A DNA stretch of 62,905 nucleotides, counting the filler, from Octopus bimaculoides (lineage: Eukaryota): the NCBI RefSeq assembly GCF_001194135.2. It is 4 parts of 4 records of this genome, joined end to end, with 100 filler letters (N's around TTAATTAATTAA, not from the genome) between each part and the next. Parts side by side here need not be neighbours in the genome. Positions count along the whole stretch, not along the records: positions 28,079 to 49,875 come from NC_069004.1; positions 49,976 to 60,386 come from NC_068994.1; 2 more parts are not named here. One strand, given 5' to 3'. The notes below the pieces were generated by a model that searched no databases, was not told the DNA's origin, and worked only from the letters and a program-made list of their open reading frames with translations. Position 1 is the stretch's first letter; each line of letters opens with the position of its first letter. The position numbers and the translations under genes were made by a program. Shown here one piece after another: positions 39,119 to 50,339 of this stretch.

Positions 39119-40752
39119 AATTGTTTACCCTATTATGTTAATTANNNNNNNNNNNNNNNNNNNNNNNNNNNNNNNNNNNNNNNNNNNNNNNNNNNNNNNN
39201 NNNNNNNNNNNNNNNNNNNNNNNNNNNNNNNNNNNNNNNNNNNNNNNNNNNNNNNNNNNNNNNNNNNNNNNNNNNNNNNNNNNNNNNNNNNNNNNNNNNN
39301 NNNNNNNNNNNNNNNNNNNNNNNNNNNNNNNNNNNNNNNNNNNNNNNNNNNNNNNNNNNNNNNNNNNNNNNNNNNNNNNNNNNNNNNNNNNNNNNNNNNN
39401 NNNNNNNNNNNNNNNNNNNNNNNNNNNNNNNNNNNNNATATTTATATATTTATATATTTGATCCTTTATATTGAACACTCAATATTTCATCTACATTCAA
39501 TACTTTCTTTCATGGTGCCATCCATTTTTATTTTATTTTATTTTATATTATATATTGTATATTATATTATATATTGTATATTCCATATTCTATACCCCAC
39601 ATTGGTTCTGCAGGAATATAAATAAAACATAAAAACAGACAGTGTTGGAACTCTTTTAAACTAAATAATATATTCCTCTATACACAATCATACAAAAAAC
39701 CCCACCTTTTTTGTATTTATTTTTACTCGCATATATACATACATATATATATACAGACAAATGCAGTAAAATGGTATGAATTTTAGGGCCACGCTCAACG
39801 TACTGAATTCACACAGATTTTTATGTTATGTATATGTGTATACATAAAATATACGTATATATGTTTCTATATATATGTGTGTGTGAGTGTGTATGCATAT
39901 ATATGTATATGTGTGGGGGGATGTATGTCTATATATCGAGAAAGAGAGAATGTGGGAACATGAAGACCCAAACCGATATATAAACGCACATACATATGCA
40001 CAACTGCACACACGCATACATATATTCTTTTACTCTTTTACTCTTTTATTTGTTTCAGTCATTTGACTGCGGCCATACTGGAGCGCCGCCTTTAATCGAA
40101 CAAATTGACCCTAGGACTTATTCTTTGTAAGCCTAGTACTTATGCTATCGGTACCTATTTTACCGAACCGCTAAGTTACGGGGTGGTAAACGCACCAACA
40201 TCGGTTGTCAAACGATGGTGGGGGAGACAAACACAGAGACATAAACATATATATTTATGTATGTATATATANNNNNNNNNNNNNNNNNNNNNNNNNNNNN
40301 NNNNNNNNNNNNNNNNNNNNNNNNNNNNNNNNNNNNNNNNNNNNNNNNNNNNNNNNNNNNNNNNNNNNNNNNNNNNNNNNNNNNNNNNNNNNNNNNNNNN
40401 NNNNNNNNNNNNNNNNNNNNNNNNNNNNNNNNNNNNNNNNNNNNNNNNNNNNNNNNNNNNNNNNNNNNNNNNNNNNNNNNNNNNNNNNNNNNNNNNNNNN
40501 NNNNNNNNNNNNNNNNNNNNNNNNNNNNNNNNNNNNNNNNNNNNNNNNNNNNNNNNNNNNNNNNNNNNNNNNNNNNNNNNNNNNNNNNNNNNNNNNNNNN
40601 NNNNNNNNNNNNNNNNNNNNNNNNNNNNNNNNNNNNNNNNNNNNNNNNNNNNNNNNNNNNNNNNNNNNNNNNTATATATATATATATGTACATTTATATA
40701 AATAAATAAATACATATACATATGCATTGTGTGTGTGAGTGTGTGTGTGTGA

Positions 40753-40809
<57 letters not shown>

Positions 40810-40812
<3 letters not shown>

Positions 40813-42576
40813 ATTGTGTGTGTATTGTGTGTGTATAATAATATATATATTAGGTCATCCTATCAGTAATGTCCGAATTTGGGTAAAGAAAGAAAGTGAT
40901 CTAATTTTATCTTTTATTAAAGTTTAATCCTGTTCATAATTACCATGATTATCGATGAATTCCTTCATTGGTGAAAGCCCCTTTTTGGTTTTCATGAAAA
41001 GAAGGAAGAGAGGTAAGTTTCGATCTGTTTGCGTGCTTTTTAGTACTAATACATCTAAATGATTCCGTAAACGTCGAAACAAATGGTAATCAGGAGCGAG
41101 GTCCGAGGAAATAAAGCGAGTGAGGGATTTTTTTCACAGCCAAGTTCTTCAATTTTTTCTGGTGTAATCTTTGTAGTGGAGGGCCTTTCCTTTCTAGTGA
41201 AGGGCTCTGCCTATGTAGCGAAGAGCCCTGTGCGTTTCCCAAATCTGCAGATTGACTAGTGAAAGAGGAATTCATCGATTTGAAGAAATAACATAAGCCT
41301 TTGATGAAATGAAATCAAAATCACCAAAGTGTGGTAAAACTTTTTTAAATGTTCGAAGACGGTATGTCTCCTATCCATAATGGCAGAAGCTGAGCAGGTT
41401 CCCATACCTACGAGCCTATAGCTCTGAAAATGCATGCTAGCAAAAGCATAGATCGCATTATCAGAAGGAGACTGAACACGTTGATAAAACAAAAAATCTT
41501 GTTCACAGACACGCTGCATGGCTATCATCTACGGAAGAGCTGGTTCACACATCTGCAACAGCATTATGACTGAGTAATGAAACAGCTCAACCACTCAAAT
41601 GTAGATGTGATACATCTCGAATTTGCCAATTTGGTTATTGAATATAATTGAAAGTATGAGATAAATTTTATATAGAAATTATATACATAAATGATATACA
41701 GACGATAGGAGAGAGATATCTCAAAATGATATATGAAACACGATGAAACACCACTTTCTTATGAATGGTTAAAGCAGGCCTTCATTTCTCCAAAGCAACA
41801 TCTAAATACTCTAATTGTTGGTAATAGGTGTGAGAGATAATCGTTGCATTAATTGGTAGCAATTTAAAGTCGATGACTCCAATGCAATCCCACCAAACAC
41901 AAAGAAGAACCTTTTTGTCTGGAATTCCTTTTTGGGTTGTGGTTTAGCCTATTCTCTACACGTAACTTATTTCCTGTGTCGCTTAAGATTTTAATTAAAA
42001 AATTCTATTTTTATCACCGGCCACTAATCTGTCCAAAAATATTGAGATACTTTCACGAGAGTGAGGAGATGAGCAGATGTCTATTCGTAATTTTCGGTTG
42101 AGGAACCCATTTTCCGAATTCAGGGGTCTTTCCAAATTCTTGAAGATGGCGGTGAACTGTTGAATGGCTTGAATTGAGCTCGCTTGCCAATTCTTAAACT
42201 GACACAACATTATGCTTCTCAAACTCATCACCAATTTCAACAGGACATCCTATACGAGGTTTCTCTCTTAGGTTAAAATTTCCATTTTTGAATTTTTGCA
42301 AGCCATCTTCTACGACATCTTCCATTGAAGCACTCTTCACCATAAACAGAATGAATATTTTGTGTTCCTTTTATTGCACAGTTTCTTCATTGAACACATA
42401 AAGCATTTTGTGCCTTAAATGCTCCTTCGATATGTTGATCTTTGAAGGGTTAATATTAGTAATTAATTCAGTTGGGTATCAATCGATACCATTTGATTGA
42501 TGCCGTTAAAATACCGCCAAATTGTGAGAGTTATTACATATATGATATTTCGGATATTATTCATGGGGTGACCTGA
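40810..42576 (-). mobile_element. Decayed mariner element split by an insertion
   Basis: TIR-like ends ttaggtcatcctatcagtaatgtccgaa / revcomp tcaggtcaccccatgaataatatccgaa. The N-half (RRWL.KFKNG, GKWVP, FLDRLVAGDK) is at ~41990-42450 and the C-half (EELGCEKIPHSLY..DLAP.DYHLFR) at ~41030-41200. Confidence 0.75.
41250..41620 (+). mobile_element. CR1/L2-like RT fragment
   Basis: YEPIAL...HGY...QHYD.VMKQL...NVDVIHLEFA, a decayed form of NYRPISL...DVIYLDFAKAF. Confidence 0.7.
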
Positions 42577-42774
42577 TGTGTGTATGTATTTGTGTGTGTG
42601 TGCGCGCGGGCGCTGAAAGAGGGGTGGCATCAATAAAGGGGGAACTGTAGCCAGACCAATACACAGAAGGACACTGTAACAGAAACAGACAAACAGGCTG
42701 ACACAAAGACACACAGACAGAGAGGAAGATGCAACATTTTGACTTTTAACAAGTAATTTGAAATAGATATGTAC

Positions 42775-42864
42775 CGAAGTATTTTGCAAGGGATCTCTTG
42801 TGGTTTGGTTCTCTCCAAGTGTAACAGAAGATGACGAAGAAAGCGAAGATGAGGTTCCCATTGG
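42775..42864 (-). CDS. Ser/Thr/Pro-rich cassette exon
   Basis: tttgtttgtag|...TCG|GTACAT, 90 nt. Encodes PMGTSSSLSSSSSVTLGENQTTRDPLQNTS. Confidence 0.7.
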
Positions 42865-43407
42865 CTACAAACAAAATATGACGTGGCACAAACAATTATA
42901 TACAACGAAATGACACATTGCACAAATCAATATACAAGAAAATGCACACGTTAACGAATATAGAGAATGGTATTAAGTATCAATGACATCGTCGTATATA
43001 CATTATATAGAGATTGTATATAGACGCGTGCGTGCGTATGTGTTTATAAACTTCATTGAAAGTATTATATGAATATTATTGAGATTGTATACACATATGA
43101 TAAGCACAGGATAAGTGACAGATACCTGAAAATTATGTACATATCCACATGTGCAGTAAAATTAGGATTTTTAAAACAGTAACTGACGCAGAACGGGCCA
43201 TTGTCATAAAAAAAAGTGGAACTGTAGCCAGACAAATACACAAAAGGACACTCTAACAGAGGCAGAGAGGCAGGCAGACACAGAGACACACAGACACAGA
43301 GGAATATGTAACATTTTGACTTTGACAAGGTGGATATGGTACTTAAATTTAGGCATCAGGTATAAGTATGGTATTACCCAGACAATTCCAAAATAAGGTG
43401 ATTAAAA

Positions 43408-43884
43408 ATCAAAATAAGCAACAAGGATATTCAAGGTTAATGCAGGCCGATCGTTTCATGCGACTCCATTTATTTAAGCAATGCGAGCATTACATTAAAT
43501 TTAAAATGCAGAACTATCTTCAGCTGCAGAAAGATACAGAAAATTTACTGAAATTTCATTTCAGTAGAAGGACATATTATTGTAACTACATTTAAACACT
43601 CCAAGTGGGAAAGAAGAATACGAAAAAACATTTTAAAGTCAAAATACTGGCTAAGTCAAAATGGTTTTTCGTATTCTTCCTTCCCACTTGGAGTGTTTAA
43701 ATGTAGTTATAATAATATGTCCTTCTACTGAAATGAAATTTCAGTAAACTTTCTGTATCATTGTGCAGCTGAAGATAGCTCTGCATTTTACATTTAATGT
43801 AAGGCTCACATTGCTTAATTAAATGGAATAGCCTGAAACGATCGTACTGCATCAACCTTGAATATCCTTCTTGCTTATTTTGAT
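43408..43884. repeat. Foldback (MITE-like) element in array intron
   Basis: Arms ~43408-43631 and ~43661-43884 (atcaaaataagc... / ...gcttattttgat). Confidence 0.9.
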
Positions 43885-43898
43885 ATATACATATATAT

Positions 43899-43932
<34 letters not shown>

Positions 43933-43990
43933 TGACAGACAGACAGACAAACAGGCAGGTAGACACAAAGTCACACAGATACAGAGGATG

Positions 43991-44440
43991 ATGCAACTCC
44001 ATATATTTAAGCAACGTGAGGATTACATTAAATTTAAAATGCAAAACTATCTTCAGCTGCACAAAGATACAGAAATTTTACTGAAATTTCATTTCAGTAG
44101 AAGGGCATATTATTGTAACTACATTTAAACACTCCAAGTGGGAAGTAAGAATACAAAAAAAACATTTTAAATTAGCCAGGTCATACAGCCTAAGTCAAAA
44201 TACTGGTTAAGTGAAAATGGTTGTTCGTATTCTTCCTTCCCACTTGGAGTGTTTAAATGTAGTTATAATAATATGTTCTTCTACTGAAATGAAATTTTAG
44301 TAAACTTTCTGTATCTTTGTGCAGCTAAACATTGCTCTGCATTTTACATTTAATGTAAGGCTCATATTGCTTAAATAAATGGAGTTGCATGAAACGATCG
44401 TACAACATTAACTTTCAATATCCTTGTTGCTTATTTTGAT
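43991..44440. repeat. Foldback element, left arm truncated
   Basis: Starts mid-arm at atgcaactcc. Right arm complete to ttattttgat. Confidence 0.85.
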
Positions 44441-45338
44441 ATATATATAGAGAGACNNNNNNNNNNNNNNNNNNNNNNNNNNNNNNNNNNNNNNNNNNNN
44501 NNNNNNNNNNNNNNNNNNNNNNNNNNNNNNNNNNNNNNNNNNNNNNNNNNNNNNNNNNNNNNNNNNNNNNNNNNNNNNNNNNNNNNNNNNNNNNNNNNNN
44601 NNNNNNNNNNNNNNNNNNNNNNNNNNNNNNNNNNNNNNNNNNNNNNNNNNNNNNNNNNNNNNNNNNNNNNNNNNNNNNNNNNNNNNNNNNNNNNNNNNNN
44701 NNNNNNNNNNNNNNNNNNNNNNNNNNNNNNNNNNNNNNNNNNNNNNNNNNNNNNNNNNNNNNNNNNNNNNNNNNNNNNNNNNNNNNNNNNNNNNNNNNNN
44801 NNNNNNNNNNNNNNNNNNNNNNNNNNNNNNNNNNNNNNNNNNNNNNNNNNNNNNNNNNNNNNNNNNNNNNNNNNNNNNNNNNNNNNNNNNNNNNNNNNNN
44901 NNNNNNNNNNNNNNNNNNNNNNNNNNNNNNNNNNNNNNNNNNNNNNNNNNNNNNNNNNNNNNNNNNNNNNNNNNNNNNNNNNNNNNNNNNNNNNNNNNNN
45001 NNNNNNNNNNNNNNNNNNNNNNNNNNNNNNNNNNNNNNNNNNNNNNNNNNNNNNNNNNNNNNNNNNNNNNNNNNNNNNNNNNNNNNNNNNNNNNNNNNNN
45101 NNNNNNNNNNNNNNNNNNNNNNNNNNNNNNNNNNNNNNNNNNNNNNNNNNNNNNNNNNNNNNNNNNNNNNNNNNNNNNNNNNNNNNNNNNNNNNNNNNNN
45201 NNNNNNNNNNNNNNNNNNNNNNNNNNNNNNNNNNNNNNNNNNNNNNNNNNNNNNNNNNNNNNNNNNNNNNNNNNNNNNNNNNNNNNNNNNNNNNNNNNNN
45301 NNNNNNNNNNNNNNNNNNNNNNNNNNNNNNNNNNNNNN

Positions 45339-45699
45339 ACTGAAATTTCATTTCAGTAGAAGGGCATATTATTGTAACTACATTTAAACACTCCAAGTGG
45401 GAAGTAAGAATACAAAAAAAACATTTTAAATTAGCCAGGTCATACAGCCTAAGTCAAAATACTGGTTAAGTGAAAATGGTTGTTCGTATTCTTCCTTCCC
45501 ACTTGGAGTGTTTAAATGTAGTTATAATAATATGTTCTTCTACTGAAATGAAATTTTAGTAAACTTTCTGTATCTTTGTGCAGCTAAACATTGCTCTGCA
45601 TTTTACATTTAATGTAAGGCTCATATTGCTTAAATAAATGGAGTTGCATGAAACGATCGTACAACATTAACTTTCAATATCCTTGTTGCTTATTTTGAT
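45339..45699. repeat. Foldback element, left arm partly in gap
   Basis: Appears identical to the 44.0-44.4 kb copy where both are sequenced. Confidence 0.85.
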
Positions 45700-45707
45700 A
45701 TATATAT

Positions 45708-45742
<35 letters not shown>

Positions 45743-45825
45743 AGTCAGGTAGACACAAAGTGACACAGGCACAGAGGATGATGCAACATTTTGACTTTAA
45801 CAAATAATGTGAAAAAGATATGTAC

Positions 45826-45915
45826 CGAAGTACTTTGCAAGGGATCTGTTGTGGTTTGGTTCTCTCCAAGTGTAACAGAGGATGACGAAGAAAGCGAAGA
45901 TGAGGGTCCCGGTGG
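45826..45915 (-). CDS. Ser/Thr/Pro-rich cassette exon
   Basis: Same splice signals, 90 nt. Encodes PPGPSSSLSSSSSVTLGENQTTTDPLQSTS. Confidence 0.7.
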
Positions 45916-46030
45916 CTACAAACAAAATATGACGTGGCACAAACAATTATATACGAGGAAATAACACATTGCACAAATCAATATACAAGAAAACGCACAC
46001 GTCAATGAATATAGAGAATGGTATATACAT

Positions 46031-46070
<40 letters not shown>

Positions 46071-46157
46071 ACATTCCAGGTGAATATGGTACTTAAGATT
46101 AGGCACCAGAATTAAGTAAGGTATTATCCAGACAATTCCAAAATAAGGTCATTAAAA

Positions 46158-46658
46158 ATCAAAATAAGGAACAAGGATATTCAAGGTTAATGCAGTACGA
46201 TCGTTTCATGCAACTCCATATATTTAAGCAATGTGAGGGTTACATTAAATTTAAAATGCAGAACTATCTTCAGCTGCACAAAGATACAGAAAGTTTACTG
46301 AAACTTCATTTCAGTAGAATGGCATATTATTGTAACTACATTTAAACACTCCAAGTGGGAAGTAAGAATACAAAAAAAAACATTTTAAATTAGCCAGGTC
46401 ATACAGCCTAAGTCAAAATACTGGTTAATTGAAAATGATTTTTCGTATCCTTCCTTCCCACTTGGAGTGCTTAAATTTAGTTATAATAATATGTCCTTCT
46501 ACTGAAATGAAATTTTAGTAAATTTTCTGTATCTTTGTGCGGCTGAAAATTGCTCTGCATTTTACATTTAATGAAATGCTCACATTGCTTAAATAAATGG
46601 AGTCACATGAAACGATCTTACTGCATTAACCTTGAATATCCTTGTTGCTTATTTTGAT
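46158..46658. repeat. Foldback element in array intron
   Basis: Arms of ~230 bp. The spacer has an inner aattagccag/ctggttaatt pair. Confidence 0.9.
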
Positions 46659-46670
46659 ATATATATATAT

Positions 46671-46711
<41 letters not shown>

Positions 46712-46732
46712 TAGACAGANNNNNNNNNNTAT

Positions 46733-46773
<41 letters not shown>

Positions 46774-46865
46774 TAGACAGACAAACAGGCTGACACAAAG
46801 ACACACATACACAGAGGATGATGCAACATTTTGACTTTAACAAATAATGTGAAATAGATATGTAC

Positions 46866-46955
46866 CGAAGTACTTTGCAAGGGATCTGTTGTGGTTTGGT
46901 TCTCTCCAAGTGTAACAGAGGATGACGAAGAAAGCGAAGATGAGGGTCCCGGTGG
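46866..46955 (-). CDS. Ser/Thr/Pro-rich cassette exon
   Basis: Appears identical to the 45826-45915 copy and lies 1040 bp from it. Same splice signals. Confidence 0.7.
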
Positions 46956-47177
46956 CTACAAACAAAATATGACGTGGCACAAACAATTATATACAACGAA
47001 ATGACACATTGCACAAATCAAAATACAAGAAAACGCACACGTTAAAGAATATAGAGAATGCTGTATACAATATATATATATATAAAATTTAGATTCAAGG
47101 TGAATATGGTCCTTAAGTTTAGGCACCAGAATTAAGTATGGTATTATCCAGAGAATTCCAAAATAAGGTCATTAAAA

Positions 47178-47676
47178 ATCAAAATAAGCAACAATGAAAG
47201 TCAAGGTTAATGCAGTACGATCGTTTCATGCAACTTCATTTATTTAAGCAATGCGAGTATTGCATTAAATGTAAAATGCAGACCCATGTTCAGCTGCACA
47301 AAGATACAGAAAATGTACTGAAATTTCATTTCAGTAGAAGGACATATTATTGTAAGTACATTTAAACACTCCACGTGGGAATGAAGAATACAAAAAACCA
47401 TTTTAACTTAGCCAGGCCATACAAGCTAAGTCAAAGTACTGTCTAAGTGAAAATGGCTTTTTTCGTATTCTTCGTTCCCACTTGGAGTGCTTAAATTTAG
47501 TTACAATAATATGTCCTTCTACTGAAATGAAATTTCCGTAAATTTTCTGTATTTTTCTGCAGCTGAAGATTGCTCTGCATTTTACATTTAATGAAATGCT
47601 CACATTGTTTAAATAAATAGAGTCGCATGAAACGATCGTACTGCATTAATCTTGAATATCCTTGTTGCTGATTTTG

Positions 47677-47678
<2 letters not shown>
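47178..47678. repeat. Foldback element in array intron
   Basis: Same family, more diverged copy. Confidence 0.9.
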
Positions 47679-47750
<72 letters not shown>

Positions 47751-47827
47751 GTAGACACAAAGTCACACAGACACAGAGTATGATGCAACATTTTGACTTT
47801 AACAAGTAATGTGAAATAGATATGTAC

Positions 47828-47842
47828 GGAAGTTCTTTGCAA
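47828..47842 (-). pseudogene. Remnant of cassette exon (acceptor and most of the exon deleted)
   Basis: Only TTGCAAAGAACTTCC|GTACAT survives. Upstream on the minus strand it joins directly to unit intron sequence. Confidence 0.6.
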
Positions 47843-48053
47843 ATATAATAAAACACACGCATTAATGAATATAGAGAAAGGTATTACATATCAATGAAAG
47901 CATCATATATACATTATATACAGATTATGTATACAAAGTATATACAAACGAGACAATATACAGGCGAGACATGCAAAATCCATTGGAGGCAAACCTCCAG
48001 CGGGTAGTTAGGTATGTAGGTGACTTTAACATGTAGGTAAAGTAGGTATGTAC

Positions 48054-48143
48054 CGGAGTACTTCGCAAGGGATCTGTTGTAGTTTGGTTCTCTCCCAGCG
48101 TAACAGATGATGACGATGACTGTGAAGATGAGGGTCCCGTTGG
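48054..48143 (-). CDS. Ser/Thr/Pro-rich cassette exon
   Basis: 90 nt. Encodes PTGPSSSQSSSSSVTLGENQTTTDPLRSTP. Against the 45.8 kb copy there are 11 substitutions, 6 of them synonymous in this frame. Confidence 0.75.
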
Positions 48144-48489
48144 CTACAAACAAAATATGACGTTGCACAAACAAATATATACAAAACACATTGTACAAAC
48201 AAATATATAAAAAGCACATTAACGGATCTAAAGAATGATATTAAGTATTTATGTAATTTCATATATATATTATAAGGAGGCTGTATATAAAAATCATATA
48301 CAAACGATTGGTGAAGACTGAAAATTATAAACATATGCACAACTGCAGAGAAATGGTAATAAGTTTTAATTAGCGTAGGACACAGCCACTTTCAATATGA
48401 CTGATATGTACATAACCTCAGAGCTGAGACTTAATACAATATTTTTTTTAGAAATATCTATATGTCATGTACACATGTATACAAGCCTG

Positions 48490-48890
48490 GTGTGTTCTTC
48501 AACTCCGCAGATCCACTGGTGAAAGAGGCAAAAATCAATTTAAGGAAGAAAGCTAAAACTTTGATGAGATGTAGTCGAACTTACCAAAGTGTGGTAAAAC
48601 TTTCTAGAAGGTTCAATAATGAATGAAACAGAGCAGGTTCCCAAAACTATAGGCCTATATCACTGATCGTGCATGTTAGCGAAATCATGGATCGTATTAT
48701 CACAAGATGCCTGAACATATTGATAGAACAAGAAAAATCTCCCACACAGACACAGAGCATGGCTTCCATTTACGGAGAGCTCTCTCACACATCTACTGAA
48801 GCATTATGACTGGGTAATGGAACAATAGTGCCACCACTCATATGTAGATGTGATGCATCTCGAATTTGCCAGCATCCTCGACAAAGTTAG
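48490..48890 (+). mobile_element. CR1/L2-like RT fragment, paralogous to the 41.3 kb copy
   Basis: NYRPISL...HGFH...HYDWVM...VDVMHLEFASILDKV, with the same downstream flank as the 41.3 kb copy. Confidence 0.7.
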
Positions 48891-49325
48891 TTATTATACT
48901 TAATTGAAAGTATTACACAGATATCATTGGGATTGAATACACAAATGATAAGCAGACAGGCGATAGATGAGAGATATCTCAAAATGATATACATATGCTC
49001 ATGTGCAGTAAAATTATGATATTTAAAACGGTGTGTGGCGTAGAACTTGCCTATATCATCACGAAGAATTCACTGATATATTTACTTCACGTAATCTGAC
49101 TCTGTGTGTGTTTATGTGTGTGTTGTGGTGTGTGTATGTTTGCGTGTGTGTGTGTGTGTGCGTGAGAGAGAGAGAGAGAGATGTAAGATTGCTAAAGAGG
49201 TATGAATTAATACAAGAAAGGGAGTCGTGCAAGAAGACAGCCAGACAAGCCAACGGGTAGACGGACAGACATAGATATACAGAAGACAGACACATCTAAT
49301 GATAAAACGGGAAAGAGAAACAATG

Positions 49326-49408
<83 letters not shown>

Positions 49409-49452
49409 CGTATAATTTTAGTTCAAACAAGAACTTGCTAGCAGATATGTGC

Positions 49453-49545
49453 CGAAGTACTTGCCAGTAAATCTGTTGTGGTTTGGTTCTGTCCAGGTGT
49501 AAGAGAGGATGAGTCTACTGATGACGAAGGTGTGAGTTTTGTTGG
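49453..49545 (-). CDS. Ser/Thr/Pro-rich cassette exon, 93 nt, GC donor
   Basis: ttttggttgtag|...TCG|GCACAT. Encodes PTKLTPSSSVDSSSLTPGQNQTTTDLLASTS. The length change is exactly one codon. Confidence 0.55.
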
Positions 49546-50339
49546 CTACAACCAAAATGTGACATTGTACAAACAAATATTGCATAAACACATTGACATA
49601 GAGAATTGTATACATATAACTGACAACAATGAACAAGTATTAAACAGACATTGAGAGCACATGCACAATTAGTATGCACACACAAATCACCAGTATAGCT
49701 GTGTGTGGTAATAGTAGTTAATTAGCAATACTAAATCCATGTGATACTGTTTTTCTTACCAAACGTAATCATAAAACAAACATTAGAATTGTACATACAT
49801 ACATACATACATACATACATACATACATGCATACATACATACATATATACATACATATATATATATATATATATANNNNNNNNNNNNNNNNNNNNNNNNN
49901 NNNNNNNNNNNNNNNNNNNTTAATTAATTAANNNNNNNNNNNNNNNNNNNNNNNNNNNNNNNNNNNNNNNNNNNNATATATATATATATATATATATATA
50001 AATATACATGCATATAAATACACATACATATATATACATGTATGCTCACGCGCATCCGTAAACGTTTTCATACACGCATATGCGTGCGCATACATATATA
50101 CATACATGCACACGCACATACATATGCGCTGGTGCACACGGCCTTACACAGTCACACGCACGCGCACATACAGGTACATACGTATACATGTACACTCATA
50201 TATATTTGTATGTATATTGCACGTATAGATAAGCACACACACACGCATATATATACATATACCCACATACATATACATACATACACAAACATACATGCAC
50301 ACACATTTACAGACACACATGTATCCGCTGGCACGTCCA

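Larger units (their letters stand above)
42650..48250. repeat. Tandem ~1.0 kb units (cassette exon + foldback + (GACA)n)
   Basis: Homologous blocks recur at measured periods of 1040 bp (45826 to 46866) and 1020 bp (46158 to 47178). Some units are internally deleted. Confidence 0.9.

Noticed and set aside
45826-45915. Reading the cassette as a transmembrane/signal anchor (TGTLIFAFFVILCYTWREPNHNRSLAKYF)
   Set aside because: In that frame only 1 of 11 substitutions versus the 48.1 kb copy is synonymous (W to G included), against 6 of 11 in the S/T/P frame. The 35.6 kb copy also loses hydrophobicity.
45810-45960. Plus-strand acidic ORF (GSVVVWFSPSVTEDDEESEDEG), SEA-like motif
   Set aside because: No conserved plus-strand donor, GSVVV is not kept in the 35.6 kb copy, and the conserved boundaries match minus-strand splice sites. 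It is an antisense shadow.
42650-48250. CRISPR-like or plain satellite array
   Set aside because: The context is eukaryotic, units are ~1 kb with no unique spacers, and the embedded cassettes show splice signals and synonymous bias.
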